From positions 8,355 through 72,354 of the forward strand of contig JAEUKB010000009.1 in the NCBI GenBank assembly GCA_016794365.1: a stretch of DNA of 64,000 bases, given 5' to 3'. Shown piece by piece: positions 9,515-18,902 of this stretch (the first letter of the stretch is position 1; every line of letters starts with the position of its first letter). The position numbers were made by a program, and so were the translations under genes. The stretch comes from Myxococcales bacterium. Lineage in GTDB: Bacteria > Myxococcota_A > Polyangia > Palsa-1104 > JAEUJZ01. Under the pieces are notes generated by a model. The model saw nothing but the letters and a program-made list of their open reading frames with translations, did no database searches and was not told where the DNA came from.

Positions 9515-10891
9515 CTAGGAGTCGTAGCCGTAGCTTCCGTCTACGACCACAACCGTCTGTGTGCGCGGATAGTACAAGACGAACTTGATGCTGAACTGAT
9601 GGCAGTTGTGGCAGGACTCCTCTGACTCCAGCAGCGTGGCATAGACATCCGTGTCGCCAGCATAGGTGTCAATCGCTGTCAGTAGGCCTCCCTTGAAGGT
9701 CTGCTGCATGAGCAGCGCTGCGCGGGTCAGTACGCGTCCGTAGCGTGGATCGAAGGCTCCGCTGGGATCGGTCGCTGCAAGCGCTGCTTCCGTGACCTGG
9801 GCGCGCGTGGGAGTCATCGCAACACAGCGCGGATAGCCAAACGCAGAAGCCGGACCGACACTGCACCAAGAACCGCCGGTGCGTGGGCAGGCATCATGCG
9901 CGCTCTTGACGGCAGCAGCCAAGGACGAGACATCCTTGCTGGCAAGGGCAAAGGGAACCGCTGGGGTCGGAACCACATCACAGAGATCGACTCCCATACA
10001 GCGCGCCACGTCTCGATAGCTGCCGCACGCGGAAAAGTCCTTGGTGCTGGCCGGAAGCGCAGTGATGCAGTCATAGACAGTCCGGGTACAAGCCGGGGTC
10101 GGCCATCGCACGTCAGGATCACCAAGTCCCAGACCCACATCACGGACGGCCAACAGCACGGCGCTCTGCTGTCGCGTGGTGGTTCCAGCGCTGGTGGTTT
10201 CAAAGACAACCTGATCGCTCTTGGCATCGAGCAGGGACGCGAGCCCGCTGTATTCCCAGTCAAACGGATGACGCGATCCGGTGGGCCGTCCCAGCGAAGG
10301 CGCGGTCCCGCCCATGCTGCTCAGCGCAAGTCCAGTCGCACTGGTTGTTGCGTAGCCGCGATAGCGCAGGTTGGCACTGTCGCGATGGTAGATCGGACGG
10401 ACATAGGGATCGACCGACACCGGGCCCGCAGAAAGACTTAGCTTGGCGGCCAAAGAGAGCTTGGCCCCATAGATCTTTCCGCTGGACAGCTTGATGTTGA
10501 GAAACAGCGGCAAGCCCGACAGGATCGTGTTGATCTCATGTCCGTCACGCAGCGTGATCTCAAAGCTGCGGGGGCCGACTTGGACGGTGCGACCAAAGGC
10601 ATCATCAGGAACCGAGCTACTGACGCTGCTGATGTTGCTGCTGGTGCGCGCTTTGATGGTGACTTGCAGCGTCCCGCTACGGACTGCCTGGGTCGTCAGC
10701 TCCTCGATCCACAGCGTGAGATCGTCTGCGCGGACGCGAAGCTCGGACGTGGTCGCGCTGAGTCGTTCCGTAAGCAGCGAGTCTTCCCATTCACCCTGCT
10801 TTTGTTCGTCAGGATGTGGGCCGCTCGCACCACAGCCCAGCGCCAACAGCAGCGGAATCGACAAAGACCAAAGAGAGCGATGGACACGCAT
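9515..10891 (-). CDS. Lipoprotein, unknown function
   Basis: Signal peptide plus lipobox LLLALGCG. A GGAGG RBS lies upstream. No known domain motif. Confidence 0.6.
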   Translation of the reverse strand: MRVHRSLWSLSIPLLLALGCGASGPHPDEQKQGEWEDSLLTERLSATTSELRVRADDLTLWIEELTTQAVRSGTLQVTIKARTSSNISSVSSSVPDDAFGRTVQVGPRSFEITLRDGHEINTILSGLPLFLNIKLSSGKIYGAKLSLAAKLSLSAGPVSVDPYVRPIYHRDSANLRYRGYATTSATGLALSSMGGTAPSLGRPTGSRHPFDWEYSGLASLLDAKSDQVVFETTSAGTTTRQQSAVLLAVRDVGLGLGDPDVRWPTPACTRTVYDCITALPASTKDFSACGSYRDVARCMGVDLCDVVPTPAVPFALASKDVSSLAAAVKSAHDACPRTGGSWCSVGPASAFGYPRCVAMTPTRAQVTEAALAATDPSGAFDPRYGRVLTRAALLMQQTFKGGLLTAIDTYAGDTDVYATLLESEESCHNCHQFSIKFVLYYPRTQTVVVVDGSYGYDS

Positions 10892-11097
10892 GGGGAATCC
10901 TCCAGTTTGAGTTGTCTGTACCTGGGAACCTGCGTGGCCCGTTTATGCGGGGCTTCCACCAGAGTCAAGGACTCCGCTGCGTGCTGCGCGACTTGTCACA
11001 AAGAGATCACAAGCCCACGGGAAGCGGGCTGCTGAAGCGATTGGGCGGTGGAGATGAGAGGACGGCGCGGTGAGGCAGGGACGAGACGAGGAAGAGA

Positions 11098-13038
11098 CTA
11101 GTCGCGCTCTAGGTAGGTGTAGCCCGACAGACCTTGCTCGTAGATGCGCAGCAGGTTGCGGCTCTCTTCCAGGGTCATGCGACGGTTGCGCAGCGCATGC
11201 TCGACCGCTCGACGCACCCGCGCGGTCAGCTCTTCCCGTGAGTAGCCGACGTACTTGAGCACATCGGTCACGGTGTCGCCCGTCACAACGTGCTCAATGT
11301 GATAGCCGCCGCCCGATGCGCACGAGACGTGGACGGTGTTGGTGTCGCCAAACAGGTTGTGCAGGTCGCCCAGGATCTCCTGATAGGCACCCACCATGAA
11401 CATCCCGATGTAGTAGTCCCCTTCGGTGAGCTGGTGCAGCTCGAGGACGTTTTTGACCTCTCGCGGATCGATGAACTGATCAATCTTGCCATCCGAGTCA
11501 CAGGTGATATCGGCCAGCACACCGCGTCGCGTCGGCTCTTCATTGAGCCGATGGATCGGGACGATCGGGAAGAGCTGGTCTACCGCCCACGAGTCTGGCA
11601 GCGACTGAAACATCGAGAAGTTGCAGAAGTAGGTGTCCGACAGCGCGTGCTCCAGACCTTCCAGATCTTCGGGAACGTGCGGCAGATCGCGCATGATGCG
11701 CAGCACCTTCTGACACAGGGCCCAGAAGATGTCTTCGGCGATGACGCGGTCACCCAGCGACAAGTGACCCAGCGCAAACAGCGTCAGGCACTCGTCTTTG
11801 TACTCGATGGCGTCGTGGTAAATCTCAAGGAAGTTCTTGCGAGTTACGTCGCGATACGAGTCAAACAGGTGACGCACCACCTGAGCTGTGTTTTCCGGCA
11901 GCGTCTCCGGCACGCGACCGACCGCAAACTCGCTGACACCCAGCACATCCACCACCAGCACGGCGTGATGGGCCACCACCGCTCGTCCAGACTCCGAGAC
12001 AATCGTTGGATGCGCGATACCCGCAGCGTCGCACAGCTCCATCAAGCTGTAGACGATGTCGTTTGCATACTCCTGCAGCGAGTAGTTCATCGACGAGCTG
12101 AAGTTGGTCTGCGAGCCGTCGTAATCCACCCCAAGTCCGCCGCCCACGTCCAGGTAGCGCAGCGGCGCGCCCATCTTGGACAGCTCGACGAAGAAGCGAC
12201 CGGCTTCACGCATCGCGTTTTTGATCGAGCGAATCGAAGAGATCTGGCTGCCGAGGTGAAAGTGTAGAAGCTCGAAGCTGTCGATCAGGCCCTCGTCGCC
12301 CAGATAGCGCATCGCCTCTAGCATCTCTCGGCTCGACAGACCGAACTTGCTGCGGTCGCCGCCCGATGCTTCCCAGCGTCCCGAGCCGCGCGTCGCCAGC
12401 TTGGCGCGGATGCCAATGCGTGGGCGGATGTTGTTGCGACGGGCAATCGTGGCGATCAGCGGCAGCTCAGAGAACTTTTCAACGACCAGGATGATGTTGC
12501 GTCCCAGCTTGCTGGCCAGCAGCGCGCTCTCGACGTATTCCTCGTCCTTGTAGCCGTTGCAGATGATGAGCGCTTCCTCGTCATCGAGCATCGCCATGAC
12601 GGTCAGAAGCTCTGGCTTGCTGCCCGCTTCGAGCCCGTAGTGATAAGGCCGACCGTATTCGACGATCTGCTCGACCACGTAGCGGTCTTGGTTGACCTTG
12701 ATCGGGTAGACGCCTCGGTACTGACCCTTGTAGCCGTACTCTGCGATCGCGGAGCCGAAGGCTTGGTTTAGCTCGACGATGCGGTGCTTGAGGATCTCAG
12801 GGAAGCGAATGAGCAGCGGCAGCCCGATGCCTCGCTCGCGGACCTCATCGACCAGCTCTTTTAAGTCGATGCCCTGGTTCGTCTCGCCCGAGCTTTCATT
12901 GCCGCTCGGGTAGGCCATTAAGTTTCCTGATTCACGGATGTCAAAGTGAGAGCCGCCCCACTTGCGGACAGCGTACGTCTCACGGGAATCGGCAACCGAC
13001 CAGCGGCGAGGTATCGAACCAGTTGCATGCATCTTCAA
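11098..13038 (-). CDS. speA: Biosynthetic arginine decarboxylase
   Basis: 646-aa protein collinear with SpeA (fold-III PLP decarboxylase), including GVYPIKVNQ, YLDVGGGLGVDYDG and EPGRA motifs. Confidence 0.9.
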   Translation of the reverse strand: MKMHATGSIPRRWSVADSRETYAVRKWGGSHFDIRESGNLMAYPSGNESSGETNQGIDLKELVDEVRERGIGLPLLIRFPEILKHRIVELNQAFGSAIAEYGYKGQYRGVYPIKVNQDRYVVEQIVEYGRPYHYGLEAGSKPELLTVMAMLDDEEALIICNGYKDEEYVESALLASKLGRNIILVVEKFSELPLIATIARRNNIRPRIGIRAKLATRGSGRWEASGGDRSKFGLSSREMLEAMRYLGDEGLIDSFELLHFHLGSQISSIRSIKNAMREAGRFFVELSKMGAPLRYLDVGGGLGVDYDGSQTNFSSSMNYSLQEYANDIVYSLMELCDAAGIAHPTIVSESGRAVVAHHAVLVVDVLGVSEFAVGRVPETLPENTAQVVRHLFDSYRDVTRKNFLEIYHDAIEYKDECLTLFALGHLSLGDRVIAEDIFWALCQKVLRIMRDLPHVPEDLEGLEHALSDTYFCNFSMFQSLPDSWAVDQLFPIVPIHRLNEEPTRRGVLADITCDSDGKIDQFIDPREVKNVLELHQLTEGDYYIGMFMVGAYQEILGDLHNLFGDTNTVHVSCASGGGYHIEHVVTGDTVTDVLKYVGYSREELTARVRRAVEHALRNRRMTLEESRNLLRIYEQGLSGYTYLERD

Positions 13039-13228
13039 TGCGCTCCTTTAACGACCTGGAGCATGGACGATGCACCAGTGCTTCGATGGCCCAGGTCGAA
13101 AACGGGCCGCAGGATGACCGCACGGTTAGGTGCTGGCAATCAAAAAGTGAGTCGTCGGAGATTGTGCCCGGATTGACCGTACTTCGCTGATACAATGACC
13201 ATGCTCTTTATCGGGCCAATCGGGGGAC

Positions 13229-13969
13229 ATGATGGCAGATCGGCACATACCGATCAGTGAGCACACGGTTCGAGAGGTTGCACTGGCCATGCCGATCGCG
13301 GTGCCAGTGTTTGCCCATGTTGGGATTGAGTTTGCCTGCGGCGGGGATCTGCGAATCGACGAAGCCTGTCGGCAGGTCGGCCTGACCACCGAAGCCCTGT
13401 GGGCGATGATCGAGCAGGCCAGCAACCAGCCCGTGCCCAACGAGCTGGAGTTTTGGCACAACGCCGCGCCGGTGGCTCTGATGGATCACATCGTCCATCG
13501 CTACCATGAGCCGCTGCGCAAAGAGCTTCAGCGCCTAGAGTCGCTGGTCGGCAAGGTCATCGCTCGGCACGGGGACGCACATCCGCAGGTCCACCGGATC
13601 GGGCGGCTGATCAGCGCGCTCGGTCGAGAGATGGAGCTTCACATGGTCAAAGAGGAGCGGGTGCTGTTTCCGCTCATCAAGCGACTGGATGCCACGCTGG
13701 GCCGAGGACTGACCGACCAGGCCACGGCGCATCAGCTCTTGCCGCCACTGCGCCTGATGCTGTCTGACCACGACTCAGTGATGGGGATGCTGGCGTCCCT
13801 GCACAAAGAGAGCAGCGGCTACAGTGTGCCGCCGGGCGTTTCGGCCAGCTATCACCTGCTGTGCTCGGGACTGCGCGGTCTTCAGCACGACATCCAGCTT
13901 CACCTGCACTTGGAAAACAACGTCCTGTTTGGGGCGGCGCGCGACATGCTGGTGGCCTGCGGCCTGTAA
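13229..13969 (+). CDS. Iron-sulfur cluster repair di-iron protein (RIC/ScdA/YtfE-like, hemerythrin-type)
   Basis: ScdA_N-like N-terminal region followed by His/Glu-rich hemerythrin-like repeats (HHxxEE-type H...E spacing). Confidence 0.55.
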   Translation: MMADRHIPISEHTVREVALAMPIAVPVFAHVGIEFACGGDLRIDEACRQVGLTTEALWAMIEQASNQPVPNELEFWHNAAPVALMDHIVHRYHEPLRKELQRLESLVGKVIARHGDAHPQVHRIGRLISALGREMELHMVKEERVLFPLIKRLDATLGRGLTDQATAHQLLPPLRLMLSDHDSVMGMLASLHKESSGYSVPPGVSASYHLLCSGLRGLQHDIQLHLHLENNVLFGAARDMLVACGL

Positions 13970-14057
13970 GGGCAGCGGCCTGGCCCATCGCTGGCTCCGT
14001 GTGTTGCCACTTTCGCAAGGTCATCACCCCGCCCAAGCCGCAGACCCTGCCAGTCGC

Positions 14058-14300
14058 ACAGGGTAAAGACCCAGCGGAACCTGGATGACGTGCCACGCTG
14101 GCAGGGTGAAGACCCAAGGCCCACAGGTCAGCGAGGAGTCCAGGCAGGGTGAAGACCCAGCGGAAACTGGGCGACGTGCCACGTTGGCAGGGTAAAGACC
14201 CAAGGCCAGCAGGTCAGCGAGGAGTGTGGGAAGGGAAAAGACCCAGGGCCAACTGGTCCGCGAGGAGTCCAGGCCGGGTGAAGACCCTGCGCGAACAGGG
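14058..14300. repeat. Tandem array of six ~43-bp units with conserved core GGGTRAAGACCCA
   Basis: Core occurrences begin at ~14060, 14103, 14146, 14189, 14232 and 14275, an exact 43-bp period. Two spacer types (A and B) follow the pattern A-B-A-B-B, then a degenerate unit. The array is intergenic, immediately 5' of the sigma-54 activator gene. Confidence 0.75.
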
Positions 14301-14377
14301 CTGAGACCGGCGTGACGGGCGACGTTTGGTGCGGGCCGCGTTGTCAACTGCCGCTGGGATTGATACCGTCCGCCGCG

Positions 14378-15928
14378 ATGTCTCGGTCGGATGCTGAATC
14401 GAGCGGTGGTCAGTCGGCAAGCGCGCGGCTTCGCGTGGATCTACAGGCTCTGCCTGTGCTGGTCGTGGATGACGAAGCCGACAACCTGGATGCCTTTCGC
14501 TTTAACTTTCGCAAAAGCTTTCGGATTCTGACGGCTCAGTCGGCAGAGCAGGGGCTGGCGATCCTGTCGCAAGAGCGCGTGGCGGTCATCGTCGCAGACC
14601 AGCGGATGCCCAAGATCACGGGCCTACAGTTTCTACAGCGCGCCAAGGAGATTGCGCCCTTGGCCGTGCCGATCATTGTGACGGCCTATACCGATGTGGA
14701 CGTGCTCATCGAAGCGATCAACATGGGCCACATCTATCGCTACGTCACCAAGCCCTGGGACAGCAAAGAGATGCGCGGCGTGCTGCTCCAAGCGCTGGAG
14801 CGCTATCACCTGCTCGCGGAAAACGCCCGCCTGAGCGAGCAGCTTGCCCACTACGCGGGCTATCTGGAAAAGGAGCTGCACGGTGCGTTTGACTTTGGGC
14901 AGCTCATCGGCGATTCGCCCGCCCTATCGGCAGCGCTTCAGCGGGTAGAGCAGGTGGCGCGAACCCAGGCCACGGTGCTTTTGCGCGGAGAGAGCGGAAC
15001 CGGCAAAGAGCTGGTCGCCCACGCGATCCACATCAACTCGCCCCGCAGTCACCGGCCCTTTGTGCGGGTAAGCTGTGCAGCCCTGGCGGCGGGCGTGCTG
15101 GAATCAGAGCTGTTTGGCCATGAGCGCGGCGCGTTCACTGGCGCGGTCGGGCGTCGTCCCGGTCGGTTTGAGCTGGCCGATGGCGGCACCATCTTCTTGG
15201 ACGAAATTGGCGACCTGCCGATGGAAGTCCAGGTCAAGCTGCTGCGGGTGCTGCAAGAGCGCTCGTTTGAGCGGGTCGGTGGCAGCGAGACGGTCCGGGT
15301 CGATGTCCGGGTGATCTCGGCGACCCACCAAGATCTGGAAGCGATGGTGGCCGCTGGCAAGTTCCGCGAAGACCTGTACTACCGGCTCAATGTCTTTCCG
15401 ATCTTTTTGCCGCCCCTGCGTGAGCGGCTGGAAGACCTGCCCGCGCTCTGTCAGCACTTTCTTCACAAGTGGCGTCGTCATGCCGCGCAGCGGGTCACGA
15501 CCATCAGCCCAGAGGCGCTGGCCTATCTGTCGCAGTACGGCTTCCCCGGCAATGTCCGCGAGCTGGAAAACCTGATTGAGCGAGCGCTCATCTTGGCGCA
15601 GGGCTCCGATATCACGCCCGCAGAGCTGGAGTTTGCGCGGCCTCCTTCGCGGACCGCAACACCACTGCCACGACCTGTGCGGCCCTTACTACCCGGACCA
15701 AGCCCCGAGCAGACCAGCGAGGAGTCGCCTTCGCGCACGCTGTCAGACCGGCTGATGGACAAGGAACGGGCCGAGATCCTGGCCGCCATTGAGCGCTGCG
15801 AAGGAAACATTGCACAAGCTGCCCGGCTGCTCGGCATCAATCGCAGTACGCTCTATTACAGGCTCCGCAAGCATGAGCTGCTACACCTTTTGCCGACGCG
15901 CCCGGAGCTGCTTTCCCCGCTACCGTGA
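14378..15928 (+). CDS. Sigma-54-dependent response regulator (NtrC family: REC + AAA+ + Fis HTH)
   Basis: Receiver domain LVVDDE...D, AAA+ Walker A GESGTGKE, GAFTGA motif and C-terminal Fis-type HTH. The start is MSRSDAESS at 14378; an upstream in-frame start at 14312 is also possible. Confidence 0.85.
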   Translation: MSRSDAESSGGQSASARLRVDLQALPVLVVDDEADNLDAFRFNFRKSFRILTAQSAEQGLAILSQERVAVIVADQRMPKITGLQFLQRAKEIAPLAVPIIVTAYTDVDVLIEAINMGHIYRYVTKPWDSKEMRGVLLQALERYHLLAENARLSEQLAHYAGYLEKELHGAFDFGQLIGDSPALSAALQRVEQVARTQATVLLRGESGTGKELVAHAIHINSPRSHRPFVRVSCAALAAGVLESELFGHERGAFTGAVGRRPGRFELADGGTIFLDEIGDLPMEVQVKLLRVLQERSFERVGGSETVRVDVRVISATHQDLEAMVAAGKFREDLYYRLNVFPIFLPPLRERLEDLPALCQHFLHKWRRHAAQRVTTISPEALAYLSQYGFPGNVRELENLIERALILAQGSDITPAELEFARPPSRTATPLPRPVRPLLPGPSPEQTSEESPSRTLSDRLMDKERAEILAAIERCEGNIAQAARLLGINRSTLYYRLRKHELLHLLPTRPELLSPLP

Positions 15929-15936
15929 GGTCTGAG

Positions 15937-16476
15937 ATGGCTCCCTTGTTTCCTGCACTTGTGTGTGCAGTGCTGTGCCTTGTCCTGTTTACGACCATTG
16001 CAGGCGTAGACGGGCTGTACTTTCACCTGTATCGCTATCGTCTGTACGAGCGCCCGGCCTCGCTCTATGAGCACAAGCTTCATACCCTCAACGCGGTGCT
16101 GTTTGTGCCGCAGGTGGTGCTGCTATTCTGCCTGGAGTCGAGCGGGCTGTGGCTGTGGCTGTCCCTGCTGCTGTTTGTGGTGACGGTGGCGGTCGAAGTG
16201 ACGGACGTGCTGTGTGAAGAAGCCAGTCGGCGTGACCTGGGGGGACTCACCCGCATCGAGTACCTGATGCACTTTCTGATGGCCGGGCTGCGCTTTGGCT
16301 GGGTGATGCCCCTTCTGTTTGGGCGGCCCGCGCAGGCGTGGTCCCTGTCCCAGACCGCGATCGAGTGGAGCTCGCTGTGGCTGCTGATCGTGGGGGCGAG
16401 CATTTCGCTGCCTGCGGTGGTGATCGCGGCGATTCATGTCGTGCTGGCGGCTCGCCGCGTCCCTGCATCGGCGTGA
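15937..16476 (+). CDS. Integral membrane protein, unknown function
   Basis: MAPLFPALVCAVLCLVLFTT... with 4-5 predicted TM helices. The ATG lies 9 bp after the regulator's stop codon. Confidence 0.5.
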   Translation: MAPLFPALVCAVLCLVLFTTIAGVDGLYFHLYRYRLYERPASLYEHKLHTLNAVLFVPQVVLLFCLESSGLWLWLSLLLFVVTVAVEVTDVLCEEASRRDLGGLTRIEYLMHFLMAGLRFGWVMPLLFGRPAQAWSLSQTAIEWSSLWLLIVGASISLPAVVIAAIHVVLAARRVPASA

Positions 16477-16488
16477 TACGATGGGGCG

Positions 16489-17088
16489 ATGCGCCCTGTG
16501 TCTGCTCGCCGCAAGAACCGTCCCTTGCGACCGCTTACGCGCAGTGCCCAGCCTGGGGGGCCGCGCTCGTTTCTGTGTGTGGATCTGCGCGGTGTGGAAA
16601 ACCACTGGAACCAAAAGCCAGTGGATGAGCTGCGCTCGATGAGCCGAGGCAGCCGACTGGGGGCACTGCTGACGACGCTTGATCTCGATCCCCGGCACCC
16701 GCTTGGCAAGAACGCCCAGCGGCTGTCGATTGGGCGGGCGTTTGCGCTGTTCGATGCACTCTGCGAGGAGCTGGCCGACGCGGTGCTGTTTGATGTGCCA
16801 GAGGTTGCTTGGCGACCGCTCCTTGGCATCTTGGCACCGACCGACAGTGCCGAGTCGCCCTATCCCAAGGAGCTGCAAGCGGCAGCGAGTGACGACAGCG
16901 AAGAAGGGCTGGTGCTGCTGCTCGATGGACGGCTGGCGGCAGAGGCAGCTTCGGTGTCGCTTGGGCCGAGCGCACTTCCCAGCAGCCCTGGGCTGGATCC
17001 ACTGCTGTGGAGCGATCTGCGCCTGGCGATCTTGCCGATGCTGGAGTCGGTCCGCGACAAAAACCGCAGCCTGCTTACCGAGCTATAG
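16489..17088 (+). CDS. Hypothetical protein
   Basis: ORF only; no motif recognised. Confidence 0.35.
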   Translation: MRPVSARRKNRPLRPLTRSAQPGGPRSFLCVDLRGVENHWNQKPVDELRSMSRGSRLGALLTTLDLDPRHPLGKNAQRLSIGRAFALFDALCEELADAVLFDVPEVAWRPLLGILAPTDSAESPYPKELQAAASDDSEEGLVLLLDGRLAAEAASVSLGPSALPSSPGLDPLLWSDLRLAILPMLESVRDKNRSLLTEL

Positions 17089-17097
17089 CGCGGCCTG

Positions 17098-17370
17098 TCA
17101 GGCCACCACTTCCGTCTGAAGGAAGCGAATGATGTCGGCGGACTCGTAGAGCGGCTTGCCATCGATGAACAGGCAGGGAACCTGCTTGCTGCCGCCGACC
17201 TTCACAAGCTCTGCCAGGGCGGCGGGATCTCTGCGGGTGTCGCGCCGGGGCAGCTCGAAGCCGAGCTTCTTGGCCGCGTGCAGCACCCGCTGGCAGTAGG
17301 GGCAGGACTCGAACATGTAGAGTACCAGGGACAGCGGCTGGCCTTGCCGATTGCGGAACGTCGTGGTCAT
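17098..17370 (-). CDS. Glutaredoxin
   Basis: CPYC active site in MFESCPYCQRV, thioredoxin fold, GGSKQVPCLFIDG. Confidence 0.75.
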   Translation of the reverse strand: MTTTFRNRQGQPLSLVLYMFESCPYCQRVLHAAKKLGFELPRRDTRRDPAALAELVKVGGSKQVPCLFIDGKPLYESADIIRFLQTEVVA

Positions 17371-17383
17371 GACTGTATGGATG

Positions 17384-18166
17384 CTACTGGGCGTTCAGTT
17401 GTGGCGGAAGGGGTGGCAGCGGTACCGACGTGGTCGGCTCGGGGGCAACGGGCGGTGGCGGCGGCAGCTCGGACGGGGCTTCGGGACAGCCTCGGCGGCG
17501 TGGTGAGCCGGAGAGATCGGGACACAGATCGGCGGCATCGGCGATGCCATCTCGATCACGGTCTTTGATCTCAGCGGGCGGGGCCTTTTTGGCAGCTCCA
17601 AAGCGACCGAACACCCCAAGGGTCAGCTCGCCATCGGGGGCTACAGCGGGTCCATCGGGTGTGCCTTTTTGAAGCAGCGCGCGACCATCGATTCGCAGGC
17701 CCAGATACTGCGTCAGATCGACCTTCAGACCGGCCCCAAGCGGGATGCTATAGGTCGTGTCGGGCTGACGGATGCTGCGGTCCGCCGTGGTGGTGGTAAG
17801 CCCGCCAATCCCGGCCAGGACAAACGGTCGCCAGCGCCCGGTCAGGATGTGAAACAGTCCTTGGGCGCGATAGCCGATGGCCAGCACCTGGGCCGAGGGG
17901 GCAGAGAGGGTGGCGGTGGGGGCCATGGCCAGCTCGGCTTCTAGGGCGGCCCGGGGATGTAGCTCGACGCCTAGACGCAGCCCAAAGACACCACCGTGAG
18001 CAAGCTGGCCTTCGTCGCTGCTGCCCTGCCGACCGACCCCGCCTTCGGGATGCGCAAGGTGCAGGCCCCCGAAGATTCCCGGCTCAAGCACGCTGGTCAC
18101 GCGCGCCTGGGCCGTACTGACCAGCAGCAGACCCAGGAGCGGTAGCGCCGAGATGGTGATTTTCAT
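17384..18166 (-). CDS. Outer-membrane beta-barrel protein (OmpA-N-like) with TSP3-type Ca-binding motif and Pro-rich tail
   Basis: Signal peptide; alternating amphipathic beta strands; DRDRDGIADAADLCPD (thrombospondin type-3-like) motif; the C-terminal OmpA peptidoglycan-binding domain is absent. Confidence 0.55.
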   Translation of the reverse strand: MKITISALPLLGLLLVSTAQARVTSVLEPGIFGGLHLAHPEGGVGRQGSSDEGQLAHGGVFGLRLGVELHPRAALEAELAMAPTATLSAPSAQVLAIGYRAQGLFHILTGRWRPFVLAGIGGLTTTTADRSIRQPDTTYSIPLGAGLKVDLTQYLGLRIDGRALLQKGTPDGPAVAPDGELTLGVFGRFGAAKKAPPAEIKDRDRDGIADAADLCPDLSGSPRRRGCPEAPSELPPPPPVAPEPTTSVPLPPLPPQLNAQ

Positions 18167-18234
18167 TATGTGATTCTAACGTGCCGCTGACAAAAGGGGA
18201 TGTCGCGTCGATAATCGCGGGCCGGAGGCAAACC

Positions 18235-18819
18235 ATGAACACCCACACCATCCGCTGTTTCGCCGCGTCTGCTTTTGTGCTGGCCTCGCTGTCTGCCGGG
18301 GTCGCTTCCGCCAGCTTCTATCCACCCAGCTACGTCATCGAGACGGCCTGCCAGCGCAGCGGCCCGGTCGAGGTCTGCGCGCTCAACCACCACTACGGGA
18401 TGCCGCAGCTCACGGTCCGCTACACGGGCACGCTGATGGCGACGCAGTGGGGTCGGATCTCGGCGTACGTCAAGCTCAACGGTCGCGACGGAACCTTTCG
18501 CATGCAGAACATCAGCTTCACCGAGTCGGTCAAGCTCGGCGACCCCCAGGAAGAGTACATCTGCTCGATCGCCGACAGCCTGAACCCGGACTGGAAGCCG
18601 TCGCCGCCTGCGCGCCTGTGTCCACTGCCTGCGCAGCCTGGGGGGGGGACCACTTGGTATTCGCTGCCCGCCCCGGATGCCGAGCGCGCGCTGTTTTTCT
18701 ATGCCCGCGACAGCTTCGGCGGGGCCAACAACTGGGATGTCGAGGTGGCGTTTGTCGCGGACGACGGAAGCTGGGACTCGCTGTTCGGGGCAAACTACCG
18801 CTTCACGTTCAATCGCTAG
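18235..18819 (+). CDS. Secreted hypothetical protein
   Basis: GGAGG RBS; MNTHTIRCFAASAFVLASLSAGVASA signal peptide. Confidence 0.5.
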   Translation: MNTHTIRCFAASAFVLASLSAGVASASFYPPSYVIETACQRSGPVEVCALNHHYGMPQLTVRYTGTLMATQWGRISAYVKLNGRDGTFRMQNISFTESVKLGDPQEEYICSIADSLNPDWKPSPPARLCPLPAQPGGGTTWYSLPAPDAERALFFYARDSFGGANNWDVEVAFVADDGSWDSLFGANYRFTFNR

Positions 18820-18902
18820 GGCGTCTTGGGCGCGGGCGGCGAAGGAGAGAGGCGGGGACAGGCTGCCTGAGCGAGGGGCCTGTCCGTGGCGAAGGGAGAC
18901 GA

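Noticed and set aside
11290-12267. 325-aa ORF on the plus strand inside speA
   Set aside because: It is antisense to a gene with unambiguous SpeA homology. Its translation is Arg/Val/Gln-rich with no motifs. Long antisense ORFs are expected at this GC content.
14058-14300. Possible CRISPR array, given the regularly spaced repeats
   Set aside because: The units are contiguous with no unique spacers. The 43-bp period is made of two alternating, related segments. The repeats are degenerate and no cas genes are nearby. It is better described as a tandem repeat or binding-site array.
14318-14345. Sigma-54 promoter (TTGGTGC...GCGTTGTCA) upstream of the activator gene
   Set aside because: The GG-to-GC spacing is 10 rather than 12, and the -12 element reads TTGT rather than TTGC. 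It is not convincing without experimental transcription start sites.
16123-16878. 251-aa minus-strand ORF spanning the membrane-protein and hypothetical genes
   Set aside because: Extreme Arg/Pro/Gln composition, no RBS and no motifs. It is a GC-driven frame artefact.
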